The notes beneath the pieces were generated by a model. That model saw nothing but the letters and a program-made list of their open reading frames with translations, did no database searches and was not told the DNA's origin. DNA of 32,802 bases from an uncultured Clostridia bacterium (lineage in GTDB: Bacteria > Bacillota > Clostridia > Acetivibrionales > CALMWN01), in NCBI GenBank assembly GCA_937873555.1, contig CALMWN010000564.1, forward strand, positions 1 to 32,802, in the 5' to 3' direction. The first letter of the stretch is position 1; each line of letters begins with the position of its first letter. This document shows, one piece after another, positions 7,292 to 16,193 of this stretch. The translations under genes and the position numbers were made by a program.

Positions 7292-9775
7292 ATGACATTA
7301 TATCGCAGTCATTCCAAACTGTGGTTAAGCAATGATATTTCACATGAAAGAGTTGAAAAACTGTCCGCTGCTGCAGGTATATCCCCTTTGATGGCAAAAG
7401 TATTTATCAGCCGTGAAATTGAGGATACCGTGCTCATAAACAGGTTTTTGAATCCATCCCTTGATGAATTGCATGACCCTTTTCTTATGGCGGATATGGA
7501 TAAGGCTGTTGGCAGGATAATAGAAGCTCTGGATAACAAAGAAAAAATAGTTGTTTATGGAGATTATGATGTAGATGGAACTACCAGCACTTCCATACTT
7601 CTGAATTTTCTGGCCGGGCAGGGAGCTTCGGTGGATTTCTTCATCCCTGACAGGATGGATGACGGATATGGGCTATCGATAAATGCCATCGATAAAATAT
7701 TTTCCATGGAGCCTTCCTTGATTATTACTGTAGACTGCGGCGTGACTGCAGTTGAAGAAGTTGATTATATCAGAGCCAAAAAAGTAGATATTATCATTAC
7801 TGACCACCATGAATGTAAAAGCATGCTGCCCGCCGCCTTTGCCGTTGTAAATCCGTGCAGACCCGATTGCGGATATCCGTTCAAAAGCCTGGCAGGGGTT
7901 GGAGTTGTCTATAAGCTCATTACCGCTTTATGTATAAAACTTGGGTTGGGGAATATTTACAATGAGTATCTTGACCTCGTGGCAATAGGAACAGTTGCAG
8001 ATGTGGTGCCTCTGGTGGATGAAAACAGGGTTATTGTCAGGTATGGCCTTTTGGAAATCAAATCAACATCAAATATTGGACTGAAAACGCTTATTGAAAA
8101 TTCGGGCTTGAAGGATAAGCCTGTGAATTCATGGGGAATAAGCTTCGTTATTGCACCGAGGATTAATGTTGCAGGAAGGATAGGGGATGCCGGAAGGGTG
8201 GTCAGATTGTTCACCACAGGCAACCAGGACGAAGCATCCGTCATGGTTTTGGAGCTGAATGATGAAAACAGGCTGAGACAGGAGACGGAAGCGTTGATAC
8301 TCCAGCAGGTTCTGGAGGAGATAGAAGGCAGGGAAGGGTTCAGGAACGAAAAGGTGATTGTTGCAGCAGGAAAAGGCTGGCATCATGGGATTATCGGTAT
8401 TGTGGCATCAAAGGTGATGGAAAAGTACTACAAGCCATGTGTGCTTATATCCTGTGAGAACGGCATGGGAAAGGGCTCTGCCAGAAGTGTGGAGGGTTTC
8501 AGCATGTTCAGGGCTCTCGACTATTGCCGCGATCTTTTGGTAAAGTTCGGAGGGCATGAGCTTGCTGCGGGACTTTCTCTGAGACAGGAGCAGATTGAAG
8601 CCTTCAGACGGATGATTAATGATTATGCGGAGACAGTCATCAATGAATCGGATCTGGTTCCAAAATTGAGGATAGATACTTTTATTGATTATAAGGATAT
8701 AAATATTGACAATGTGCGGGAACTGGAAAGACTTGCCCCTCATGGAGCGGGAAATCCCAGCCCGGTATTCGCATATAACAACCTCAGGATAAATGACATA
8801 AGGACAGTCGGTGAAGACAGGCATTTGAAGATGAAGCTTGAAGATGGAAATTTTCTTGTAGATGGTATAGGCTTTAATATGGGCGGACTGGCAGAGGAAT
8901 ATAAAAGGTCGGCCGCTTTGGATGCAGCTTTTTCACTTGAGATCAATACCTGGAACTCTGTTGAACGGGTACAGCTGAATATACGGGATATAAGGCCGGA
9001 CGGCGATACTGCTCTTGAAGACGGCTTTTATCAAACTCTGGACAAATGTATTGAGATAAATACCGCGGTTGCAGACCCTATGGAGCAGAACTTTGCAACC
9101 GGTGTTGCGTGGGAACCGGAAGACGGCTTACTGGGAAAGCTTACGGGCATCAATAACAGTGGGGAAAAGGTTGTGATATTTGTAAGTTCGCTTGAAAGCA
9201 CAAAGCGTTTGGTAAAAATATTGGAAAATTCAGCTTTTGGTATTAAAATCCCTTATGAAATTTGTTATACTGGCTTTAATGGAAGAAATACCGGATTACC
9301 ATGTGTGGTCATCAACCCCGATGCAGATGTACTTGATTTGTCGGGGGTTGATGAGATCGTATTTTACGGAAACTGGATTGATAGAAAATATTTCTATAAG
9401 CTTCTGGATAAAACGGCCTGGAAAAAAAGAAGCTTCTTTATTTCCGGAGCGTTGAATGACCCGGACTATCAGGCCATTATACCCAAAAGGCAGGATGTGG
9501 TGGCTGTTTACCAGCATATTAAGGCAAAGAGCGGCGGTGAAAAGCTTCCGGTCAAAGACTTGAATGTTCTGGCGAAAAGCATCGGATACAGCTATAAAAT
9601 AAGTATGAATTGTTTTAAACTCAAGAAAACCATAGAGGTTCTCGAAGAGCTCGGTTTAATTACAAAAGAGTCCATAGATAAGGACGGAATGTATATAAAG
9701 GTAAATATCAGCAATGGCAAGACCCGGCTTGAAAATTCCGTCCTGTTCAGAAGCCTCCAAAGGCTGGCTTTATGA
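7292..9775 (+). CDS. recJ: Single-stranded-DNA-specific exonuclease RecJ
   Basis: DHH-family motifs are present: VVYGDYDVDGTTS, TVDCG, IITDHH, GVGVVYKL. A DHHA1 region (GGHELAAG) and a long C-terminal extension follow, as in Firmicute RecJ. Confidence 0.9.
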   Translation: MTLYRSHSKLWLSNDISHERVEKLSAAAGISPLMAKVFISREIEDTVLINRFLNPSLDELHDPFLMADMDKAVGRIIEALDNKEKIVVYGDYDVDGTTSTSILLNFLAGQGASVDFFIPDRMDDGYGLSINAIDKIFSMEPSLIITVDCGVTAVEEVDYIRAKKVDIIITDHHECKSMLPAAFAVVNPCRPDCGYPFKSLAGVGVVYKLITALCIKLGLGNIYNEYLDLVAIGTVADVVPLVDENRVIVRYGLLEIKSTSNIGLKTLIENSGLKDKPVNSWGISFVIAPRINVAGRIGDAGRVVRLFTTGNQDEASVMVLELNDENRLRQETEALILQQVLEEIEGREGFRNEKVIVAAGKGWHHGIIGIVASKVMEKYYKPCVLISCENGMGKGSARSVEGFSMFRALDYCRDLLVKFGGHELAAGLSLRQEQIEAFRRMINDYAETVINESDLVPKLRIDTFIDYKDINIDNVRELERLAPHGAGNPSPVFAYNNLRINDIRTVGEDRHLKMKLEDGNFLVDGIGFNMGGLAEEYKRSAALDAAFSLEINTWNSVERVQLNIRDIRPDGDTALEDGFYQTLDKCIEINTAVADPMEQNFATGVAWEPEDGLLGKLTGINNSGEKVVIFVSSLESTKRLVKILENSAFGIKIPYEICYTGFNGRNTGLPCVVINPDADVLDLSGVDEIVFYGNWIDRKYFYKLLDKTAWKKRSFFISGALNDPDYQAIIPKRQDVVAVYQHIKAKSGGEKLPVKDLNVLAKSIGYSYKISMNCFKLKKTIEVLEELGLITKESIDKDGMYIKVNISNGKTRLENSVLFRSLQRLAL

Positions 9776-9809
9776 CCGGGCCGGACTGATAGCGGATATT
9801 AAGGAATAA

Positions 9810-9932
9810 TACTACTTTGTTACTTTGGAATTATTATTGAAGAAACAAGTAAGATAGAAGCATTCTTACTTTTTCTTCAATAGAAATTTATACTGCAAAA
9901 TTTCCACAAATTAATGATGTAACAAAGTAGTA
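9810..9932 (+). repeat. Nested inverted-repeat element (three-way-junction-like) between recJ and apt
   Basis: The outer arms are a perfect 14-bp pair: TACTACTTTGTTAC (9810-9823) and GTAACAAAGTAGTA (9919-9932). Inner hairpin 1 spans 9835-9882 and has about 19 bp with one bulged C. Inner hairpin 2 spans 9883-9904 and pairs GAAATTT with AAATTTC. The element ends 8 nt before the apt SD. Confidence 0.6.
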
Positions 9933-9953
9933 CTAATATGAGGAGGAAAGCAT

Positions 9954-10469
9954 ATGGATCTCAAGGCAAAGCTAAGACATGTTATGGATTTTCCCAGGGA
10001 AGGTATTGATTTTATTGATATCACAACGGTCTTGCAGGATGCGGATGCATTCAGGGAGGCCCTGGAAAAGATGAGGATGAAGATTGACAATATGGGAGAT
10101 TTCGACCTCATTGTAGGGCCGGAATCAAGAGGGTTCGTATTCGGAGCTCCGCTTGCATACATCCTTGGAAAAGGATTTGTACCAATAAGGAAAAAGGGCA
10201 AGCTCCCGTATAAAACCATAAAGGCTGAATATCAGCTTGAATACGGCACAGATGTACTTGAGATGCACGAAGACGCGGTCAAGCCGGGGCAAAAGGTAAT
10301 TATCATAGATGACCTGCTGGCGACAGGCGGCACGACAGAATCCAATATAAAGCTGGTAACGGAGCTTGGCGGAAAAGTTGCAGGGATAGTGTATTTCATT
10401 GAACTTACCTTCTTGAATGGAAGAGACAAGTTGAAGGGATATAATGTTGAATCAATAGTGCAATTTTAA
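9954..10469 (+). CDS. apt: Adenine phosphoribosyltransferase
   Basis: The sequence runs MDLKAKLRHVMDFPREGIDFIDIT...ESRGFVFGAPLA. The PRPP-binding motif is VIIIDDLLATGGT. SD AGGAGG lies 7 nt upstream. Confidence 0.95.
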   Translation: MDLKAKLRHVMDFPREGIDFIDITTVLQDADAFREALEKMRMKIDNMGDFDLIVGPESRGFVFGAPLAYILGKGFVPIRKKGKLPYKTIKAEYQLEYGTDVLEMHEDAVKPGQKVIIIDDLLATGGTTESNIKLVTELGGKVAGIVYFIELTFLNGRDKLKGYNVESIVQF

Positions 10470-10509
10470 TCACAACAGTTACAGCAGATTGTTTTCCGGG
10501 GGAATACCA

Positions 10510-12690
10510 ATGAGTGATGGCTACAGCCGGTTGATAGAAAAAATCAAAATATATAATCCCACTTGTGACTTTACCATGATTGAGAAGGCATACAAGCTAT
10601 CCAGATCGGCTCATGAGGGTCAGCAGAGGATATCGGGTGACCCGTTTATAATTCACCCTATGGAAGTTGCCATCATTCTTGCAGAGCTGGAACTGGATTG
10701 CACTTCTATTGTTGCGGGCATACTTCATGATACCATAGAGGATACCACCTATACCTTCGAACAGCTCAAGCAGAACTTTGGAGATGAAGTGGCTACGCTT
10801 GTGGACGGGGTAACCAAACTTGGAAAGATACCCTATACCACAAAAGAGGAACAACAGGTAGAGAACTTAAGAAAAATGTTCCTTGCAATGGCCAAGGACA
10901 TCAGGGTTATTTTGATAAAGCTTGCAGACAGGCTTCATAATATGAGGACACTAAAGTACCTGTCGCCTGAAAAGCAGCTTGAGAAGGCCAAGGAAACCAT
11001 AGAGATATATGCACCTCTTGCACACAGGCTTGGTATATCCAGGATAAAGTGGGAGCTGGAAGACCTGTGTCTTAGATATACCGACCCAAAAGGCTATTAT
11101 GACCTTGTTGACAAGATTGCAACAAAGAGAAAGGAAAGAGAAGCATACATCACCCAAATAAAGGATACATTAAGTGAAAAAGCCGGTGAGCTCGGTATAG
11201 AAGCGCATGTTGACGGAAGACCCAAACACTTTTACAGCATTTATAAGAAAATGAAGGATCAGAACAAAACGCTGGAGCAGGTATATGACCTTTTTGCCTT
11301 CAGAGTAATAGTCAACTCCGTTAAAGACTGTTATGCGGTTCTCGGACTGGTGCATGAACTATACAAGCCGATGCCCGGGAGATTCAAGGATTATATTGCC
11401 ATGCCCAAGCCCAATATGTATCAGTCGCTCCATACTACACTGATAGGGCCGGAAGGGCAGCCCTTCGAAATACAGATAAGGACCTGGGACATGCACCGCG
11501 TAGCGGAAGTGGGTATTGCAGCACATTGGAAGTATAAGGAAGGTAATGCCGGAGAAAGTGAAGTAGACAATAAACTCGTGTGGTTAAGACAGCTTCTGGA
11601 ATGGCAGAAGGAGATGCGCGATGCAAAGGAATTCATGGAAACCCTTAAAATAGATTTATTCACAGACGAGGTTTTTGTATTTACGCCAAAGGGGGATGTA
11701 TTAAGCCTGCCTGTGGGTTCCACTCCCATAGATTTTGCATACGCAATACACAGTGCTGTCGGAAACAAAATGATGGGAGCAAAGGTAAACGGAAGAATTG
11801 TGCAGCTGGAATACGAGATGAAAAACGGAGACATCGTTGAAATCCTGACTTCAGCAAATGTACACGGGCCAAGCCGGGATTGGCTTAAGATAGCAAAAAG
11901 TTCCCAGGCAAAAAACAAGATAAACCAATGGCTTAAAAAGGAAAAACGTGATGAGAACATCCTAAGAGGCAAGGAGATTGTTGAAAAAGAGCTGAAAAAG
12001 CTGGGATTGACCTTTAACCAGCTTTTTAAACAGGAATGGCTGGAGCCCATATTAAGAAGGTATACCTTCAATACCCTGGAAGATCTGTACGCAGGAATTG
12101 GCTATGGCGCTATAAGTGCCAACAAGATCATGTCCAGGCTTAAAGAGGAGTATAAAAAGACCTTAAAGCCTGATGAGCTTGATGAACAACTCCTTGAATC
12201 ACTTTCCCCACAAAAGTCGGATAAAAAGAAGAAAGCAATTCCCGAGAGCGGTATTATCGTAAAAGGCATCGACAATTGTCTCGTAAGGCTGTCGAGATGC
12301 TGTAATCCGGTTCCCGGGGATGAAATAATCGGTTATATTACCAGAGGCAGGGGTGTGTCAGTGCACCGCAAGGACTGCACAAATGTTACAAACACTATTG
12401 AAGGCGATACAAGGTTTATAGATGTGAAATGGTACACATCTTCAAATGTTGCCTACAAGGCTGATATTATCGTTATGGCCAATGACAGGGCAGCTTTGCT
12501 GATGGATGTCACCAATACCATTGGAGAGGCGAAGATACCCTTAAAGGCAATTAATGCAAGAACAACCAGGGATCAGATTGTAATCATGAATCTTACAATG
12601 GAGATTACCGACACAGAACAGCTTGACAAGATTATAAAGAAGCTTAAAAAGATTGACAGTGTTTTTGATGTGACCAGAAACAAGCAGTAG
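10510..12690 (+). CDS. relA: Bifunctional (p)ppGpp synthetase/hydrolase Rel (RelA/SpoT family)
   Basis: The HD hydrolase domain (HPMEVA...LHDTIEDT), the synthetase domain (RPKHFYSIYKKM...FRVIV...YQSLHT) and the TGS and ACT regions are all recognisable. The start is set at ATG 10510 after GGGGGA. The track start at 10489 is a TTG. Confidence 0.9.
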   Translation: MSDGYSRLIEKIKIYNPTCDFTMIEKAYKLSRSAHEGQQRISGDPFIIHPMEVAIILAELELDCTSIVAGILHDTIEDTTYTFEQLKQNFGDEVATLVDGVTKLGKIPYTTKEEQQVENLRKMFLAMAKDIRVILIKLADRLHNMRTLKYLSPEKQLEKAKETIEIYAPLAHRLGISRIKWELEDLCLRYTDPKGYYDLVDKIATKRKEREAYITQIKDTLSEKAGELGIEAHVDGRPKHFYSIYKKMKDQNKTLEQVYDLFAFRVIVNSVKDCYAVLGLVHELYKPMPGRFKDYIAMPKPNMYQSLHTTLIGPEGQPFEIQIRTWDMHRVAEVGIAAHWKYKEGNAGESEVDNKLVWLRQLLEWQKEMRDAKEFMETLKIDLFTDEVFVFTPKGDVLSLPVGSTPIDFAYAIHSAVGNKMMGAKVNGRIVQLEYEMKNGDIVEILTSANVHGPSRDWLKIAKSSQAKNKINQWLKKEKRDENILRGKEIVEKELKKLGLTFNQLFKQEWLEPILRRYTFNTLEDLYAGIGYGAISANKIMSRLKEEYKKTLKPDELDEQLLESLSPQKSDKKKKAIPESGIIVKGIDNCLVRLSRCCNPVPGDEIIGYITRGRGVSVHRKDCTNVTNTIEGDTRFIDVKWYTSSNVAYKADIIVMANDRAALLMDVTNTIGEAKIPLKAINARTTRDQIVIMNLTMEITDTEQLDKIIKKLKKIDSVFDVTRNKQ

Positions 12691-12774
12691 ATGGGTTGAG
12701 AGTTGAGGGTTTGGATTAGTGAGAGGTAATGATTACCAGGGCAGGTTTGGCATCCTGTAAGGAGTGGGTTTTAG

Positions 12775-13224
12775 TTGAGGGCGGTTGTGCAGAGAGTTTC
12801 TGAAGCCAGGGTTTCAGCAGAAGGCAAATTGACAGGTGAGATTGGCAGGGGACTGGCAGTTTTACTGGGCGTTGGGCTGGATGACACTGACGGCGACATA
12901 TCCTATATGGCAGAGAAAATAGTCAACCTGAGGGTTTTTGAGGATGCAGGAGGGAAAATGAATATTCCGCTTATGGAGATCGGGGGAGAGCTTCTGGTGG
13001 TATCCCAGTTCACCCTGTACGGCGACTGCAGAAAAGGCAGGAGACCGGGCTATGACAAAGCGGCAAGGCCTGAGAGGGCTGAAATACTTTATAATAAATT
13101 TGTGGACTATTGCAGAAGCTATGGTGTAAAAGTGAAAACGGGAAAATTCCAGGCTAAGATGATGCTGGAGATACACAATGACGGACCTGTGACACTGTTG
13201 ATCGACAGCAAAAAGGAATTTTAA
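12775..13224 (+). CDS. dtd: D-aminoacyl-tRNA deacylase
   Basis: The sequence runs [14 protein letters not shown]...LLVVSQFTL...GRRP...GPVTLL. It has a TTG start with AAGGAG 10 nt upstream. Confidence 0.9.
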   Translation: MRAVVQRVSEARVSAEGKLTGEIGRGLAVLLGVGLDDTDGDISYMAEKIVNLRVFEDAGGKMNIPLMEIGGELLVVSQFTLYGDCRKGRRPGYDKAARPERAEILYNKFVDYCRSYGVKVKTGKFQAKMMLEIHNDGPVTLLIDSKKEF

Positions 13225-13277
13225 AATCTTGATATATTATCTGACAATTGCGAGGAAATTTTACATCGGAGGATTTT

Positions 13278-13922
13278 ATGATAATAAAATGTCTGCCTAC
13301 GGGCATGTTTGGATCAAACTGCTATGTCATCGGAGAAAACGGTGAAGGAATGATTATAGATCCCGGAACTGATGGCGGGGAAATATACAGTGTTGTTGAA
13401 GAAAATAACCTCAAGGTGAAATACATAATACTGACTCATGGCCATATAGACCATATCTGCTCTGTGGAGCAGGTCAAAGCGAGTACCGGTGCACCTGTGC
13501 TTGTTCATGAAAAGGATGCGGAGGCGTTGTCAGATTCAATGCTCAACGGTTCGGCCATGTTCGGAAAGAGCGCCGCTTTCAGTAGTGCCGGTGGTTTTGT
13601 GAAGGATGGGGATATACTGGATATCGGAGGATTGAAGGTTCAGATCATCCATACACCGGGCCACAGTCCGGGCAGCATATGCATAAAGGCAGAAAACAGT
13701 ATTTTTACCGGCGATACGTTGTTCAAAAGGTCAATAGGCAGGACAGACCTGGGAAACGGAAGCTATGAGGATATCATGGATTCCATAATGAAAAAGCTGG
13801 TTGCATTACCTGAAGATACGGTAGTTTACCCGGGACATGGAGAACCTACAAACATTGGCAGTGAGAAGAAGTTAAATCCATTTATAAAAAAGGAGTATGG
13901 AAATAATAAATGGTATATGTAA
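13278..13922 (+). CDS. MBL-fold metallo-hydrolase (glyoxalase II-like)
   Basis: The motifs are HGHIDH, HTPGHSPG, GDTLF and PGHG. ATG 13278 follows GGAGGA. Confidence 0.85.
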   Translation: MIIKCLPTGMFGSNCYVIGENGEGMIIDPGTDGGEIYSVVEENNLKVKYIILTHGHIDHICSVEQVKASTGAPVLVHEKDAEALSDSMLNGSAMFGKSAAFSSAGGFVKDGDILDIGGLKVQIIHTPGHSPGSICIKAENSIFTGDTLFKRSIGRTDLGNGSYEDIMDSIMKKLVALPEDTVVYPGHGEPTNIGSEKKLNPFIKKEYGNNKWYM

Positions 13923-13924
13923 GA

Positions 13925-14431
13925 ATGGCAGGACACAGCTTCCTGTACGAGCTGGAAGATGTAATAAGGCTTTTTTTTGGCAATGAAGAAGTGATTGAAT
14001 GTGAAACCCAGCCTCCGGCGGACAGCCGGGGGATTTTCATATATACGGGGATTTCATTGTTGCACGGAGTGAAAAAAAGGTACTGGGAGAGACGGCTGAG
14101 AATATGGTAAGCCTGTACATAGGAATACCCTTTTGTGCTACCAGGTGTGCATACTGCTCCTTCACTTCAAATCCGATAGACAAATATGCCCCCCTCGTTG
14201 ACATATATATGAAAGCCTTAAAAAGGGAAATCACTGCTGTCGGTAGAAAGTATATACAATATACAAATTATGGAGGAGAAGCAAACGATCCTGGCACTTG
14301 GAGCAGGTGCGGTCACAAAGGTTGTATACCCTGCCGAAAACAGGCTTGAGAGGGCTTTTAACGTAAAAAGCGTGGAAGAATATATTGGCAGAGTGGATGA
14401 AATGGTTGAGAGAAAAAAGGCTTTGCTGTAA
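13925..14431 (+). pseudogene. hemZ: Remnant of radical-SAM coproporphyrinogen dehydrogenase-like gene hemZ (frameshifted, internally deleted)
   Basis: Three HemZ-like pieces are present. MAGHSFLYELEDVIRLFFGNEE... runs from 13925 and stops at 14108-14110. After a frame change, ...VSLYIGIPFCATRCAYCSF...ALKREITAVG is open from 14005 and carries the CxxxCxxC radical-SAM motif at about 14131-14157. After another frame change, MEEKQTILALGAGAVTKVVYPAENRLERAFNVKSVEEYIGRVDEMVERKKALL* runs 14270-14431. The total is about 507 nt, whereas intact HemZ is about 1.5 kb. B. subtilis HemZ is 501 aa, with the SAM motif near residue 170 and the QTIIGIG motif near residue 440. Confidence 0.75.
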
Positions 14432-14488
14432 AGCCCGGTATTTGCTATAATATTTTTTATTGACAACATCCTGCTGCAAATTTAAAAT
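14423..14488 (+). promoter_or_regulatory. Two tandem sigma-A promoter candidates for the hisS-aspS leader
   Basis: P1 is TTGCTG (14423-14428), a 17-nt spacer, then TGcTATAAT (TATAAT at 14446-14451). P2 is TTGACA (14460-14465), a 17-nt spacer, then TAAAAT (14483-14488). Confidence 0.55.
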
Positions 14489-14514
14489 ATAAAATAACAT
14501 TAAACTATATTACA

Positions 14515-14777
14515 AAAAGTTATGAAAGGGAAAAGTAGCCAATGCTGCCTGCAGGGAGAAAGCACCGTGACTGGAAGTGCTTTCAGGATAAAGTTGGCGA
14601 AAGAACACCCTGGAACTGGCTGGGTGAAAGCATTTGACAAATGCCGGTAATTCAGTCCGCTTATCAGCGTTATTGAATTAAAGTGGGCCAATCTTTTTGT
14701 TACTTTGGATTGAGCCTAACAGGGTGGTACCGCGGGAAAACAGCTTCTCGTCCCTTTTTGGGATGAGGGCTTTTTTA
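14515..14777 (+). promoter_or_regulatory. T-box leader (tRNA-sensing transcription attenuator), probable His specifier
   Basis: Stem I elements are present: GA/AGTA at about 14523-14537 and a distal AGAAAG...GTGACTGGAA. The candidate specifier loop is GAAAGAACACCC, with CAC at 14606-14608. The conserved T-box sequence AACAGGGTGGTACCGCGG lies at 14718-14735. The terminator pairs CTCGTCCC with GGGATGAG and ends in GGCTTTTTT (14745-14777). Confidence 0.9.
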
Positions 14778-14865
14778 ATTTGGATTGATTAAGAGCGGGC
14801 GGACAGAGTCGTCCACCCCTACACTTTAAAATTTGTCAATGAAGTGTGAAATGGAGGAAAGAAAT

Positions 14866-16191
14866 TTGGGCAATGAAATAACCATACCGTCAATTCTACC
14901 GGGTTTTATGGAACTTTTGCCGGCAGACCAGATGTTATTCAACAAAATGCTGGATACAATAAGGAATACATACGAGAAATTCGGATTTATTCCGCTGGAT
15001 ACGCCGTTGATTGAAAAATCCGAGATTCTTCTTGCAAAGAGCGGGGGAGAGACTGAAAAACAGATATACCGCTTTACAAAGGGCGATAATGACATTTCCT
15101 TGAGGTTTGACCTCACCGTACCTTTAGCAAGATATGTTGCACAGCACTATAACGACCTGACCTTTCCTTTCAGGAGGTACCACATAGGCAAGGTATACAG
15201 GGGAGAAAGACCTCAAAAAGGGCGTTTCAGGGAGTTTTACCAGTGCGACATAGATATAATCGGGAATGAAAGTTTAAGTGTGATTAACGAAGCAGAAATC
15301 CTGAGTGTGATATATTCAACCTTCAAAGCTCTCGGATTTGATGACTTTACCATGAGAATAAACAACAGGAAGGTTTTGAACGGCTTCTTCGAAGGCCTTG
15401 GCATAAGCGACAAGGCCGGAGTGCTGAGGGCTGTAGACAAACTTGACAAAATAGGTGAACAGCAGGTTGCGAAGGAATTGTCGGAGCTGGGTCTTGATGA
15501 GGCTGCAATAGACGGCATTCTCAAATTCCTGGGGACGAAAGGCAGCAGCAAACATGTAATTGAAAGCCTGAAAGCAATACAGACGGCTAATCCGATGTTT
15601 TTGCAGGGTGTGGAGGAGCTAGAAAAGGTTTGCGGGTATATAGGATACTTTGGTATTCCTGGGAAAAACTTCGAATTGGACCTGACTATTGCAAGAGGAT
15701 TGGATTATTATACGGGAACCATATATGAAACGGTACTGGATAAATATCCCGGCATAGGCAGTGTTTGTTCCGGAGGACGCTATGACAGCCTGGCAGGAAA
15801 TTACACCAATAAGAAGCTCCCGGGAGTGGGTATTTCCATAGGGCTGACCAGATTGTTCTACCAGCTCAGGGAGGCAGGTATACTGGGTGCTGCCAAAAAA
15901 TCCACGCCAACCAGGCTTTTGATAATACCGATGGATAACACAATGAATGATGCGCTTGATATTTCAACAAAGGTCCGGGGAAATGGAATTCCGACAGAGG
16001 TTTATTTCAATGAGGGGAAAATTGCCAGGAAGTTTACCTATGCGGATAAGCTGGGTATACCATATGTAATTGTTGTCGGGGAAGATGAAATAAAAAGCGG
16101 CCTCTTCAAGCTAAAAGATATGGCTACCGGAGAGCAGGAGACGTTGAAGCTGGATGATATCATCAACAAAATTGGAAATATGGAGGATTAA
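14866..16191 (+). CDS. hisS: Histidine--tRNA ligase
   Basis: The class II core is recognisable: FRRYHIGKVYRGERPQKGRFREFYQCDIDIIG and GGRYD. A C-terminal anticodon-binding domain follows. The start is ambiguous. TTG 14866 has a perfect GGAGGA (14853-14858) at 7-nt spacing. The in-frame alternatives at 14833, 14839 and 14851 have no SD. Confidence 0.88.
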   Translation: MGNEITIPSILPGFMELLPADQMLFNKMLDTIRNTYEKFGFIPLDTPLIEKSEILLAKSGGETEKQIYRFTKGDNDISLRFDLTVPLARYVAQHYNDLTFPFRRYHIGKVYRGERPQKGRFREFYQCDIDIIGNESLSVINEAEILSVIYSTFKALGFDDFTMRINNRKVLNGFFEGLGISDKAGVLRAVDKLDKIGEQQVAKELSELGLDEAAIDGILKFLGTKGSSKHVIESLKAIQTANPMFLQGVEELEKVCGYIGYFGIPGKNFELDLTIARGLDYYTGTIYETVLDKYPGIGSVCSGGRYDSLAGNYTNKKLPGVGISIGLTRLFYQLREAGILGAAKKSTPTRLLIIPMDNTMNDALDISTKVRGNGIPTEVYFNEGKIARKFTYADKLGIPYVIVVGEDEIKSGLFKLKDMATGEQETLKLDDIINKIGNMED

Positions 16192-16193
16192 CA

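Noticed and set aside
9817-9830. 14-mer TTTGTTACTTTGGA shared between the recJ-apt element and the hisS T-box leader (14696-14709)
   Set aside because: A single 14-nt AT-rich match within 33 kb on two strands is within chance expectation. The flanks do not match, and in the T-box it sits in an ordinary stem III/antiterminator context.
13910-14349. Track ORFs 13910-14110 and 14104-14349 as two separate small genes
   Set aside because: Their translations are consecutive fragments of one HemZ-like protein in different frames. The third fragment (14270-14431) is below the track's length cutoff. I interpret all three as one pseudogene.
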